Under the pieces are notes generated by a model. It saw only the letters and a list, made by a program, of their open reading frames with translations. It was not told the DNA's origin and did no database searches. Shown in pieces: positions 8,914 through 17,345 of a DNA stretch of 64,000 nucleotides (position 1 is the first letter of the stretch; every line of letters begins with the position of its first letter). The DNA is from Clostridia bacterium (GTDB lineage Bacteria; Bacillota; Clostridia; Christensenellales; UBA1242), in assembly GCA_045655005.1 (NCBI GenBank), contig JAZOOJ010000001.1, positions 19,473 through 83,472 on the forward strand, given 5' to 3'. Both the position numbers and the translations under genes were made by a program.

Positions 8914-8948
8914 AAAAAACAAAACGGTGAAAATCGTTTTGTTTTTTT
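8914..8948 (+). terminator. Intrinsic terminator
   Basis: aaaaaacaaaacg-gtgaaaat-cgttttgtttttt. Confidence 0.8.
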
Positions 8949-9016
8949 GTGCAAATAAACTATAATATAAAAGAAGTAGTATGACTATTTAATTCTTAAA
9001 ATGGGAGAAAATTTAA

Positions 9017-10105
9017 ATGGCACAAACGCCTTTTGATGGTAGAGATTTTAAAATTCAAAGTGAAGATTTACCAACTACTCGTAACGTAGGCTCAGTTGGA
9101 AACTCTGGTGGTCGCCAAATGAGTGGATTGATTGTTTCGGCTAAGAAAAAAAAGATTGAAACATCAGGTCAGCATCGCTCGGAAATTATCAGCAAAGACA
9201 TTGGAAGCGGAGCAATCAAAAGTTCATCGGCAAATGGAAGAATGAGTTTAAGCCGTGAAGCCGAACGAAAAATCCAGTCAGAATCGCTGGAATATGTTAT
9301 GAGAAAAACGGGCAAATTTGAGTTTTTCTGGTACCCAACTTTTGTAATATTAGGTCTTTTATGTTTAATTCTTGTACCTATTTTTACAGATATGACGACT
9401 GTCGATTTAATATTGCTTTTTGTATGCGTTTTTAATCTTTGGCTTTGTATGACTGCAAACAACTTAGTTGCTAAGGGAATGCGTGTTGGACTTTTGCTTT
9501 GTGCTGTTAATATGTTGATATATGTAGGCATCTCTGTATACCAAAAGATTTGGGGTGAAGTTATTATTAACTTAGTACTTTATATCCCGCTTTCAGTGAT
9601 TGGCTATTTCAATTGGGGAAAGGGTGCTGAGGAAAGTACTGTAAATATTGTAAATAAAATGAACGGGATACAACTTTTAAAGTATATTTCGATGTTTATT
9701 GGAATTACAGTTGGTGTTTGGGCAGTGTTAGAGTATGGCTTAAAGCAAAAATTTGCGATTTTTAATGCAGTTAGTATTGCAGGTTGCATTGTTGGCGACC
9801 TTTCAAGAAATAAAAGATTTTTTGAAGTTTGGTATTTTTATATGCTATGTAATATTGGCGGAATCGCTTTGTGGTCATTACAAATATTCTCTGGCGGGGG
9901 AGAAATATCACTTGCGATATTGCCAACAGTAATCAGTTTTATGGCGACCCTTTCAAACAACTTCAATGGAATTTATATTTGGAATATTCTATATAAAAAC
10001 AAACATAAAAATGGCGGAGTTTACCTTGCAAAACGCAAAGTAGATATCCGTAAAATAGTTCGTTTAAAAAGAACATACAAAAAAATGACTTGTAAAGAAA
10101 TTTAG
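9017..10105 (+). CDS. pnuC: PnuC-like (nicotinamide riboside transporter family) membrane protein with about 95-aa N-terminal extension
   Basis: Multi-TM protein. SVIGYFNWGKG and RNKRFFEVWYFYMLCNIGGIALW resemble the two conserved PnuC half-repeats (GWxxW and ExWxxWxxxN). The N-terminal 95 aa are hydrophilic and Ser/Gly-rich. Confidence 0.5.
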   Translation: MAQTPFDGRDFKIQSEDLPTTRNVGSVGNSGGRQMSGLIVSAKKKKIETSGQHRSEIISKDIGSGAIKSSSANGRMSLSREAERKIQSESLEYVMRKTGKFEFFWYPTFVILGLLCLILVPIFTDMTTVDLILLFVCVFNLWLCMTANNLVAKGMRVGLLLCAVNMLIYVGISVYQKIWGEVIINLVLYIPLSVIGYFNWGKGAEESTVNIVNKMNGIQLLKYISMFIGITVGVWAVLEYGLKQKFAIFNAVSIAGCIVGDLSRNKRFFEVWYFYMLCNIGGIALWSLQIFSGGGEISLAILPTVISFMATLSNNFNGIYIWNILYKNKHKNGGVYLAKRKVDIRKIVRLKRTYKKMTCKEI

Positions 10106-10107
10106 TT

Positions 10108-10140
10108 ACGGTCGCCTAAATGGGCGACCGTTTATTATTT
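10108..10140 (+). terminator. Intrinsic terminator
   Basis: acggtcgcc-taaatg-ggcgaccgt followed by a T-rich tract. Confidence 0.75.
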
Positions 10141-10283
10141 ACTACACAAAAATTTCACCTAGGTTCTTTTGAATTATTATTAAAACTATTTGCTAAACTA
10201 ATAGGTGATGTGATAAAATATAAAAGGATAGTGGGGTAGTGTTAAAACCACAGAAAATTCGGCAAATTTAGGAGGCAACTTTT

Positions 10284-12458
10284 ATGATTTCAAAACAAGA
10301 GCAAAGAGCAGAATCAGATTATTTAAAGTCAGTACTGTATGTACTTGGAAAAGAGATTGAGAAGAAAGAGTCTGTCAAGGACCAAATTGAGGGTGACATA
10401 AAGGTTGCTATGAAATATATTTGGGAAGAGGGTAGCACCGAAGCTGATGACTTCATCAATATTCACGAAAGTATCCGTCAATTAAATCGTGGTGTTTTGC
10501 AAAGCGACAAGACATTGAAAGCCTATCGAAGAATGCTTTCAAGTGCTTATTTTGCAAGAATAGACTTTGATGACGGCACCGAAGTTCTTCCAATTTACTT
10601 AGGAATTGCAAGTTTAAAGGACGGCTCAGAGTTTTATGTTTATGACTGGCGTGCTCCAATTTGCAGTCCTTTTTATGACGCAGAAATTGGCGAAGCAAGT
10701 TACACACTTCCAGACGGCACAGAAATCAAAGGAAAGATTACATTGAAACGACAATATAAGGTTGAGGGCGACAAAATCTTAGAAATCTTTGACACCAACA
10801 CCCAAGTTGTAGACAATGTTTTAAGCAAACTTTTATCTACCACAGGCTCAACCAAAATGCGTAACATCGTTGCTACCATTCAAAAAGAGCAAAATAAAAT
10901 TATTCGTAAGCAAGATATTGATATTTTAGCCGTTCAAGGTCCAGCAGGCTCGGGTAAAACATCGGTTGCTTTGCACAGAATCGCATATTTACTTTATGCA
11001 GACAAAGAGAATTTAAACAAGTCTAATATGCTTATTTTGTCGCCAAATGAGGCGTTCAGCGATTACATAAGTGATGTTTTACCACAAATGGGTGAAGATA
11101 ATGTTTATCAAACTACCTTTTATGATTATGTTCAAGCGTACACTCGTGAATTTAAAATCAAAAGCAATATGAACGATATTTATGAAGAGTTGTTTGTAAA
11201 TCAAAAGACTCCATTTTTCAAATCAATTCGTTTTAAATTTTGGCCGGGATATATTAAACTACTTGAAAATTATTTAGAAGAAAGCAAATTTAAACTTTTG
11301 GGAATAGATGAAGACATTGTACTTGATGGCGAATTAATGGCGAATTGTGAGTTTTTAGCAAGGTACGTAGAAAATAACCTATCAAACTCAACAATGCGTA
11401 TTTACGAGCAAGCAAAACTTGTCAATGAGAAAATTTTGTCAATTGCTGGTGTAAGGCTTGTAAAAAATAGCAAGGGTAAAGCAAAACTTGAAAAAATGCT
11501 TAAAGCAAACTTGAAGAAAATTCGTGCAAAATCTATTTACACAGAATTATACGGCGATTTAAACAAATTTACTGAAAGAGTGCAAAATATCTATAACGAA
11601 CTTGGAACAATCAAGCAAGAGCGTCTTTCAATCAAAGATTTAAAAGAAATTTTTGACTATACCCAAGACCTTCTTAACAAAAACATTATTCCATACGAAG
11701 ATGTTATGGCATATTTATATATGAAAGAAAGAGTGACCGGCACTGTGACTCAAACTGGAATTAAGCAAGTTGTAATTGATGAGGCTCAAGATTATTCACT
11801 TGTACAATATAAATTGATTTCAAATGTCTTCAGAAATGCTCAAATTACAATACTTGGTGACTTAAACCAATCAATTATGCCGTTTGTTAATTATACGAAC
11901 TATGACAGTATTTTAAGTGTATTAAAAGAAGACCGTGTTCACAGTAAAATTGAAACACAATATTTAACAAAGACCTATCGAAGCACGGTGGAAATTAGCA
12001 CTTTTGCAAATAAGGTGATAGGTGCGGAAACCACACCAATTAAAAATCAACTTGACCGACATGGTGAAGAAGTTAAGGTCTTCCAAGATGTATCATCAGG
12101 TGATAAAAGTCTTATTGTAAAACACGCAAAGGAATTAAAGACCGAGGATAATACTGTCGCAATTATATTCAAAACAGCAAAAGAATGTAAAGACTTCCAA
12201 AAGTCGCTTGGAAGAACATCTGCTTCAAAGCAATTCACATTTATGGTGGACGGCAACAATGACTTTGTAAACAACAAAATTATGGTATTGCCACTTTATA
12301 TGGCTAAGGGATTGGAGTTTGATGTAGTATTAATTCCAAGAGCCAATGAAGATAATTACAACAAGAAGAACAAAAAATTGTTCTATGTTGCGTCAACTCG
12401 TGCAATGAACACTCTTCGCATTTATTACGACGAAGTGCCAAGTTCTTTAATATTATAG
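10284..12458 (+). CDS. helD: HelD-type UvrD-like helicase (RNA polymerase recycling factor)
   Basis: N-terminal HelD signature YFARIDF...IYLG...VYDWRAPICSPFY, Walker A GPAGSGKTS, DEAQDYS, TKTYRST and AKGLEFDVVL. Confidence 0.85.
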   Translation: MISKQEQRAESDYLKSVLYVLGKEIEKKESVKDQIEGDIKVAMKYIWEEGSTEADDFINIHESIRQLNRGVLQSDKTLKAYRRMLSSAYFARIDFDDGTEVLPIYLGIASLKDGSEFYVYDWRAPICSPFYDAEIGEASYTLPDGTEIKGKITLKRQYKVEGDKILEIFDTNTQVVDNVLSKLLSTTGSTKMRNIVATIQKEQNKIIRKQDIDILAVQGPAGSGKTSVALHRIAYLLYADKENLNKSNMLILSPNEAFSDYISDVLPQMGEDNVYQTTFYDYVQAYTREFKIKSNMNDIYEELFVNQKTPFFKSIRFKFWPGYIKLLENYLEESKFKLLGIDEDIVLDGELMANCEFLARYVENNLSNSTMRIYEQAKLVNEKILSIAGVRLVKNSKGKAKLEKMLKANLKKIRAKSIYTELYGDLNKFTERVQNIYNELGTIKQERLSIKDLKEIFDYTQDLLNKNIIPYEDVMAYLYMKERVTGTVTQTGIKQVVIDEAQDYSLVQYKLISNVFRNAQITILGDLNQSIMPFVNYTNYDSILSVLKEDRVHSKIETQYLTKTYRSTVEISTFANKVIGAETTPIKNQLDRHGEEVKVFQDVSSGDKSLIVKHAKELKTEDNTVAIIFKTAKECKDFQKSLGRTSASKQFTFMVDGNNDFVNNKIMVLPLYMAKGLEFDVVLIPRANEDNYNKKNKKLFYVASTRAMNTLRIYYDEVPSSLIL

Positions 12459-12469
12459 TATAGTATAAT

Positions 12470-12510
12470 AAAACACCTTATATGGTAAATCCATAAAAGG
12501 TGTTTTTCTT
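12470..12510. terminator. Bidirectional intrinsic terminator between convergent helD and the 12531..13088 gene
   Basis: aaaacaccttatatgg-taaat-ccataaaaggtgtttt. Confidence 0.8.
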
Positions 12511-12530
12511 GTTATAAAATATTATTCATG

Positions 12531-13088
12531 TTACTCAGCTTGCTCGTTGTGATTATTTAAGAGAAAATTTGTCAACTCGGTTTTACCTTGCTTTTTTGCT
12601 ATTTCAGCGAAGTCAGAAGCGGATATTGGTCCGAACTCAATAAAATATTGAAGTTCGCCCATAGTGTAATTATCATTAATATCAACCAACTTGATAAATT
12701 CTGTTGCAAGAAGGGTAATGTCTGCGTTTTTAACATATATTGCAAAGTTTGCAATGCTTCTTAGAAGTTGCGTATTGATTATTATTTTTTGAAGTCTTTG
12801 AATGTTTGCAAGTGGTACGTTTTCTGCAAAGTCAATGATAAGAGCAGGATCTCCGTCATTAATGATTATGTCTTCCAGCCTGTTAACTTGGCTTATTTCG
12901 GTAAGTCCAGAAGCAACAGAAGTAAGTGTTAAATATGATTGACTCATTATTGCATAGTCGACTAAAATTGCCTGTTCTTCTGGGTCGGTTAAACTTTCTG
13001 CTAGTTCTTTAAGTGCATTCCTTCTTTCTTTTGGTAATAATAGGGTTGCTTTAAAAATTTCAAATGCGATTTCATCTTTTCTTGACAT
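12531..13088 (-). CDS. Hypothetical helical-repeat-like protein (185 aa), divergent from the first giant gene
   Basis: ggagta RBS. Recurrent LVDYAIM / IIDFAEN / IANFAIY segments suggest short alpha-helical repeats. No family recognised. Confidence 0.6.
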   Translation of the reverse strand: MSRKDEIAFEIFKATLLLPKERRNALKELAESLTDPEEQAILVDYAIMSQSYLTLTSVASGLTEISQVNRLEDIIINDGDPALIIDFAENVPLANIQRLQKIIINTQLLRSIANFAIYVKNADITLLATEFIKLVDINDNYTMGELQYFIEFGPISASDFAEIAKKQGKTELTNFLLNNHNEQAE

Positions 13089-13195
13089 AAATATACTCCT
13101 TATGCGGAATTATAGCACAGAGATGTTAATAATTCAAGAGTTTTTAATAAGTAATAAATATCTATAATTGTTAGTTGGCTAGTTTTTTTAATTAA

Positions 13196-13230
13196 CCCCC
13201 CTTGAAAATGTAAATAATATATGATATAAT
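13196..13230 (+). promoter_or_regulatory. Promoter P1 of giant gene 1: C6 tract + TTGAAA-17-TGaTATAAT
   Basis: cccccc at 13196-13201, TTGAAA at 13202-13207, TG at 13222-13223 and TATAAT at 13225-13230. Nearly identical to 17241-17274. Confidence 0.75.
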
Positions 13231-13290
13231 GACACAAAATGTGAAAATTGATGGAATTCCTTTTGAATTCGCAATTTTTTAGGGGGATAT

Positions 13291-16200
13291 ATGTATTTAG
13301 AAAACATTGAAAAAGGCGCAAGAGAGTTTGTAAAGGGTATAAAAGACGCAAAGATTTTGCATTTGAGAGACAGTGAGGTTGTTCATCTTTTTAACTCGTC
13401 TGTTATTCCGGTTTTTTCAAATGGTGCAAAACTTGACAGGATAAGTGAAAAGGTATTAAAGGACGGCTCAAAGTATGAAGCAGTGCGTCCATATTTGGTA
13501 TGCTACAATAAAGCATTAGGGTGTAAAGTTTTATATCCAATGACCGCAAGCCAAACCGAAGAAACAATCAGAGAACATAAGCGTTATCATTTTGTCGAAG
13601 TTCCAGAAGAAGTTTATTGCTTCATCGACAGTGCAGTTCCGGGAAACAGATTTCATCAAGAAACACATAGCGAAGACAGTATGTCAACAGTTAATGTTGA
13701 AAGGGGTATCCCAATTTTTGCAGAGTGTTTAGATTATGATGATTTATGTATTGTGCACGACTATGATAACTTTTCATTTTCGCAAAGGGCATTACCAGTT
13801 GCACAAAGTTTTATAAAAGACCTTTATGGAAGATACAGCGAAGCCACTTTTAAAGCGGTAACTAATGCAAATGAGAATGTGTTTGCACTTATAAAAAACA
13901 GCACGAATGAATACGATCACCAGCATTATCGCCCAGCGGTTGCCTATCTCGCTATGTTTTTGAACTGGTCGGACAGTGCAGTGAAAAATAATTGGTTCAG
14001 TGATGTCTCTGAAATTGAAAGAGTGAGGTCTTTAAGGGAAATAACTTTAAAAGCCTATGTAGATTATTTAAGGTATTCAAAATTAATATATCAATTTCGT
14101 GGACAAAATCCAAAAGCCTATCATGAATTTACAGAAGCAAAAACCTTTGCGAAAAGACGAGATAATGGAGCTATTATTCAAAGTGATGTGCAAGATTTCC
14201 TTGAGCATAACGCATTGCTTGAAAATGGGGCTTTTGACCAAATTAAAGATTTGATGAGATTAGAAGCGACTGTTGAAGAAGATATAGCTTTTGCGTCAAA
14301 AGCAATCTCAATGTTTATTCAAGACAGTAAAAGAACGATTGATATGTCTGTGTCAAGTTTAAATATAAATGCTATTCGAGGCTATAAAGCGATGGCACAT
14401 AATCAATACGACCCAAATGGACTAGAAAGGGTTAATAATGCTTTTGCAGGAGTTTGCAACTCAAAAATTAAGCAACTTGAAGACAAAAAAGCAAAAATTC
14501 GTAAAGAAAGAGAGGCAGAACTTGCAAGACGAAACGCAGAATCAAAGAAAAGACAAGAAGTCGTTCGTTCAAGAAGTGAAAGAGTGGCTGAAAATGTTAA
14601 AGAGGCGCTAAAAATTTATATTGAACACTATGCTGATGTTTTGTCTGAATGTGAAAAAGGTATTTTAATAAGACCAGAATATAAAAAAGTATCACAAGAG
14701 TTTATTAGACTTTTCACTTCGTATGACCCAAAATATTCAGAAGTTCGCGAATATATCCAAAACTCTGACAACAACCCAACACAAGCAAGAGTTTCGTCAG
14801 CGATATTAAATTTGTCTAAGTTCGTTGAAAATATAAGTGATGCGGTTGAAATAATTGACGACCAAATTTCAGCAAGAGCATTGCAAGACTATTTTTCAGG
14901 AGAAAGCAAAACTGTTGAAGGCGAAAACGACAGGCAAACAGTAAATGCTTTAGAATTAATGAGGCTTGTGCACAGTGAATTTACAAGAGCTTTTAAGGTT
15001 AACGGAACTAAAAAACTGACAAACGCACAAATGCAAGAAGTTGCAGATAAACTTATTGAAAAGGCGATGAGAAATAAAGATAAATTCTCAGACCTTGACA
15101 TTGGTAAAGATTCAAGAGCCAGAACGGTTTACTTGGACGGTGCTTTGGAAGTTCTAGACAATGAATTATATGTTTTCCAACTTTGTGCAATATGTAAGCT
15201 TCATCAAGAGGCCTTAAAATTTGTAAAGGCGGTAAGATTTGCACATATCTCATTGCAAATGACAAGAAATGCAATAAGTGGATATTTTAAAGACGGATTT
15301 GAAGATGCCGAACAAATGATTATTGGTAATGTCGGTGGTCTTGAAGAGTTAATAGCACAAAAAGAGAAAGAAATTGAGGATATTTTAAAAGATAGGTCGG
15401 TTGATGTTACAGAAACAGCAAAGCGAATGAAAGAAATCGCTGACAGAGAATGTGAAATTTGTGCAAGAGAGCAAAACAATTTGCTTAAAATTCGAGAGTA
15501 TTTAGAAAATATAAAAAGAAACAAGGCTGAATACAACGAATATTATAAAGAGATAATTGAATCAATTCCAAAATTTGTAAAAACCGAGAAAGAACAACGT
15601 GGAATAGGCGATGACTTTGGAGTGTTTGATGGTCATGGATTGGTGGTTACAGTTAAAACTGCCGGTGTTGATACATTCAGTAATGAGACAACTGATGAAC
15701 TGACAGAAGATAAACCATTAACAGACGAAGAATTGTTGGATACGATGTTTATACATGGATTGATTAATCCTGCAGTATACAGCAAGATGTTAGTGACTAA
15801 AATTAAGTCGTCAAAGTCACTTAAAGAATTATTGGCGAATTTATCAGAAGTTAACACAAAATGTGATGTGTCTTGCGATGAGTTGTTGCAAGATTACACA
15901 TATATTTTAAAGACATATGGTCAATTACTGGACTCTGTAAAAGCCATTAAACAGCATTCAGTTGATTCATATGAGGCACGAATGAAATATGCCGAAAACT
16001 TTAATCCTGTATGGGATGAAGTGGTTGATGGAAAGCCAATCCCAATGCTTTCAGATGATGCTGTTCAAAGGTTAAGAGAGGTATTTAAACTTGCAATTAA
16101 AGATCGTGCAAAAATTGATGAACAAATGTCAGACAATTTTTTGGAACAGTTAGTATATGGAATTTTAGCACACATACAAGATATCCCATTAAGAAGTAAT

Positions 16201-17184
16201 AACCCAAACGAAAAAATTGAACAACGCTTTAATTATGACTCATTAGTTAAGGGTTCGGAAAATGTAGAAGGTGTGTCATATGCTGTAAACTTGAAAGAAT
16301 ATAAAGCGGATTTAGAAACAGAGTTAAATGTGATTCAATCTATTAAACCTACCAAGTTGTTTTTGGAACATTTTGATAATTATTATGCTGTTAGTGGTCT
16401 TTCATTTTTATCACTTCCTCTTATTTACGAACTACAGCATGAATATTTGTTAACCTCAATTGAAGAAGGTCGCTTAAATGGTGTATATGGTGGAGATTAC
16501 AGACGGACAATGTTAAAAGCTATGGAGTTGAATAAACTAGTAGCAATTGCTTATGACGCCCTTAAATCGTTCGGTGGTGTAGATTGCTATGATTGTGTTT
16601 ACGATTATTTAGTTGAAGCTTTACAAAGGGCTAAAAGTTTATCAGAATATGGAAAAGTTAAATTTTTGTCACCTGGTCGTGTAAGTCTAGGTAATGCTTC
16701 AGCCAGTCATAACTATGAAGCACACTATGCTGAATGGGTTAAGAGGGTGCATATGATTGAAAACGGCAGACTTCAAGAAGGCAGATATATTACAACAGAG
16801 GGCAGAGATGTGATTGCTGAAAAAGCAAGATTCACATTGCCAAATGCTTCTGATTTTGGGTCGTATACAAAAATTGGAACTCTTTCTCAGATTCAAGATA
16901 TATTAGGGGGGAAAGGGACAATCCAGCCACCAGCAAAAGCAACCATTAGTGATGTTGAAAGTTTAAAAACTGGAGACCCAAGAATTGATGAAGTTTTGGA
17001 CGAAATGGTGGCGGAAGGATTTGAAGTTAACGAGCAATTTATTTCTGCGTTTAAAGATGCTACGGCAATAATTGGAATGCTTGGTGGTGGAGATGGCTCA
17101 AACATTGCTGACGCCTCTAAATTTTTGGACAGCATTTCGCTGAAGAATCTTTTCGGAAAACATGAATCTGGCGAAGATGACTAA
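13291..17184 (+). CDS. Giant hypothetical protein, long form A (1297 aa): N-module + charged linker + shared C-module of about 770 aa
   Basis: Uninterrupted 3.9 kb ORF with aggggga RBS. Paralogous along its whole length to the 17346 gene, and over its C-terminal two thirds to the 21035 and 23397 genes. No known domain recognised. Confidence 0.85.
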   Translation: MYLENIEKGAREFVKGIKDAKILHLRDSEVVHLFNSSVIPVFSNGAKLDRISEKVLKDGSKYEAVRPYLVCYNKALGCKVLYPMTASQTEETIREHKRYHFVEVPEEVYCFIDSAVPGNRFHQETHSEDSMSTVNVERGIPIFAECLDYDDLCIVHDYDNFSFSQRALPVAQSFIKDLYGRYSEATFKAVTNANENVFALIKNSTNEYDHQHYRPAVAYLAMFLNWSDSAVKNNWFSDVSEIERVRSLREITLKAYVDYLRYSKLIYQFRGQNPKAYHEFTEAKTFAKRRDNGAIIQSDVQDFLEHNALLENGAFDQIKDLMRLEATVEEDIAFASKAISMFIQDSKRTIDMSVSSLNINAIRGYKAMAHNQYDPNGLERVNNAFAGVCNSKIKQLEDKKAKIRKEREAELARRNAESKKRQEVVRSRSERVAENVKEALKIYIEHYADVLSECEKGILIRPEYKKVSQEFIRLFTSYDPKYSEVREYIQNSDNNPTQARVSSAILNLSKFVENISDAVEIIDDQISARALQDYFSGESKTVEGENDRQTVNALELMRLVHSEFTRAFKVNGTKKLTNAQMQEVADKLIEKAMRNKDKFSDLDIGKDSRARTVYLDGALEVLDNELYVFQLCAICKLHQEALKFVKAVRFAHISLQMTRNAISGYFKDGFEDAEQMIIGNVGGLEELIAQKEKEIEDILKDRSVDVTETAKRMKEIADRECEICAREQNNLLKIREYLENIKRNKAEYNEYYKEIIESIPKFVKTEKEQRGIGDDFGVFDGHGLVVTVKTAGVDTFSNETTDELTEDKPLTDEELLDTMFIHGLINPAVYSKMLVTKIKSSKSLKELLANLSEVNTKCDVSCDELLQDYTYILKTYGQLLDSVKAIKQHSVDSYEARMKYAENFNPVWDEVVDGKPIPMLSDDAVQRLREVFKLAIKDRAKIDEQMSDNFLEQLVYGILAHIQDIPLRSNNPNEKIEQRFNYDSLVKGSENVEGVSYAVNLKEYKADLETELNVIQSIKPTKLFLEHFDNYYAVSGLSFLSLPLIYELQHEYLLTSIEEGRLNGVYGGDYRRTMLKAMELNKLVAIAYDALKSFGGVDCYDCVYDYLVEALQRAKSLSEYGKVKFLSPGRVSLGNASASHNYEAHYAEWVKRVHMIENGRLQEGRYITTEGRDVIAEKARFTLPNASDFGSYTKIGTLSQIQDILGGKGTIQPPAKATISDVESLKTGDPRIDEVLDEMVAEGFEVNEQFISAFKDATAIIGMLGGGDGSNIADASKFLDSISLKNLFGKHESGEDD

Positions 17185-17206
17185 ATTAATTGAATAAAAA
17201 CAACAG

Positions 17207-17236
17207 AATTGACGGTTTTAAAGACCGTCAATTTTT
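17207..17236 (+). terminator. Intrinsic terminator separating giant gene 1 from promoter P2
   Basis: aattgacggt-tttaaag-accgtcaatt followed by ttttt. Confidence 0.8.
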
Positions 17237-17240
17237 CTTA

Positions 17241-17274
17241 CCCCCTTGAAATTATATATTATATATGATATAAT
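17241..17274 (+). promoter_or_regulatory. Promoter P2 of giant genes 2-4: C5 tract + TTGAAA-17-TGaTATAAT
   Basis: ccccc at 17241-17245, TTGAAA at 17246-17251, TG at 17266-17267 and TATAAT at 17269-17274. Confidence 0.75.
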
Positions 17275-17345
17275 ACAGCAAATAGAAAAGGGACTTAGTA
17301 ATAAAGGGAATGCTGGGTCGCCGGAATGAGAATATCGGGGGATTT

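Noticed and set aside
7417-8954. Several minus-strand and alternative-frame ORFs (for example 7983-8423 and 8057-8290) with repetitive Cys/Phe/Leu-rich translations.
   Set aside because: These are mirror images of the repeat-rich Ala/Lys/Glu coding frame of the 7119-8900 gene. The repetition is inherited from the sense-strand tandem repeat.
10284-12458. A UvrD-like helicase next to giant unknown genes could be read as a phage-defence helicase (Gabija or Hachiman style) belonging to the giant cluster.
   Set aside because: Its N-terminus carries the specific HelD signature (ARIDF, IYLG, DWRAPICSPFY). It is also separated from the cluster by a bidirectional terminator and a minus-strand gene. 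It is best explained as the housekeeping RNA polymerase recycling factor HelD.
13100-13351. Minus-strand ORF of 83 aa spanning the giant-gene promoter region.
   Set aside because: It overlaps promoter P1, the RBS and the first codons of giant gene 1. It has no RBS and a low-complexity translation.
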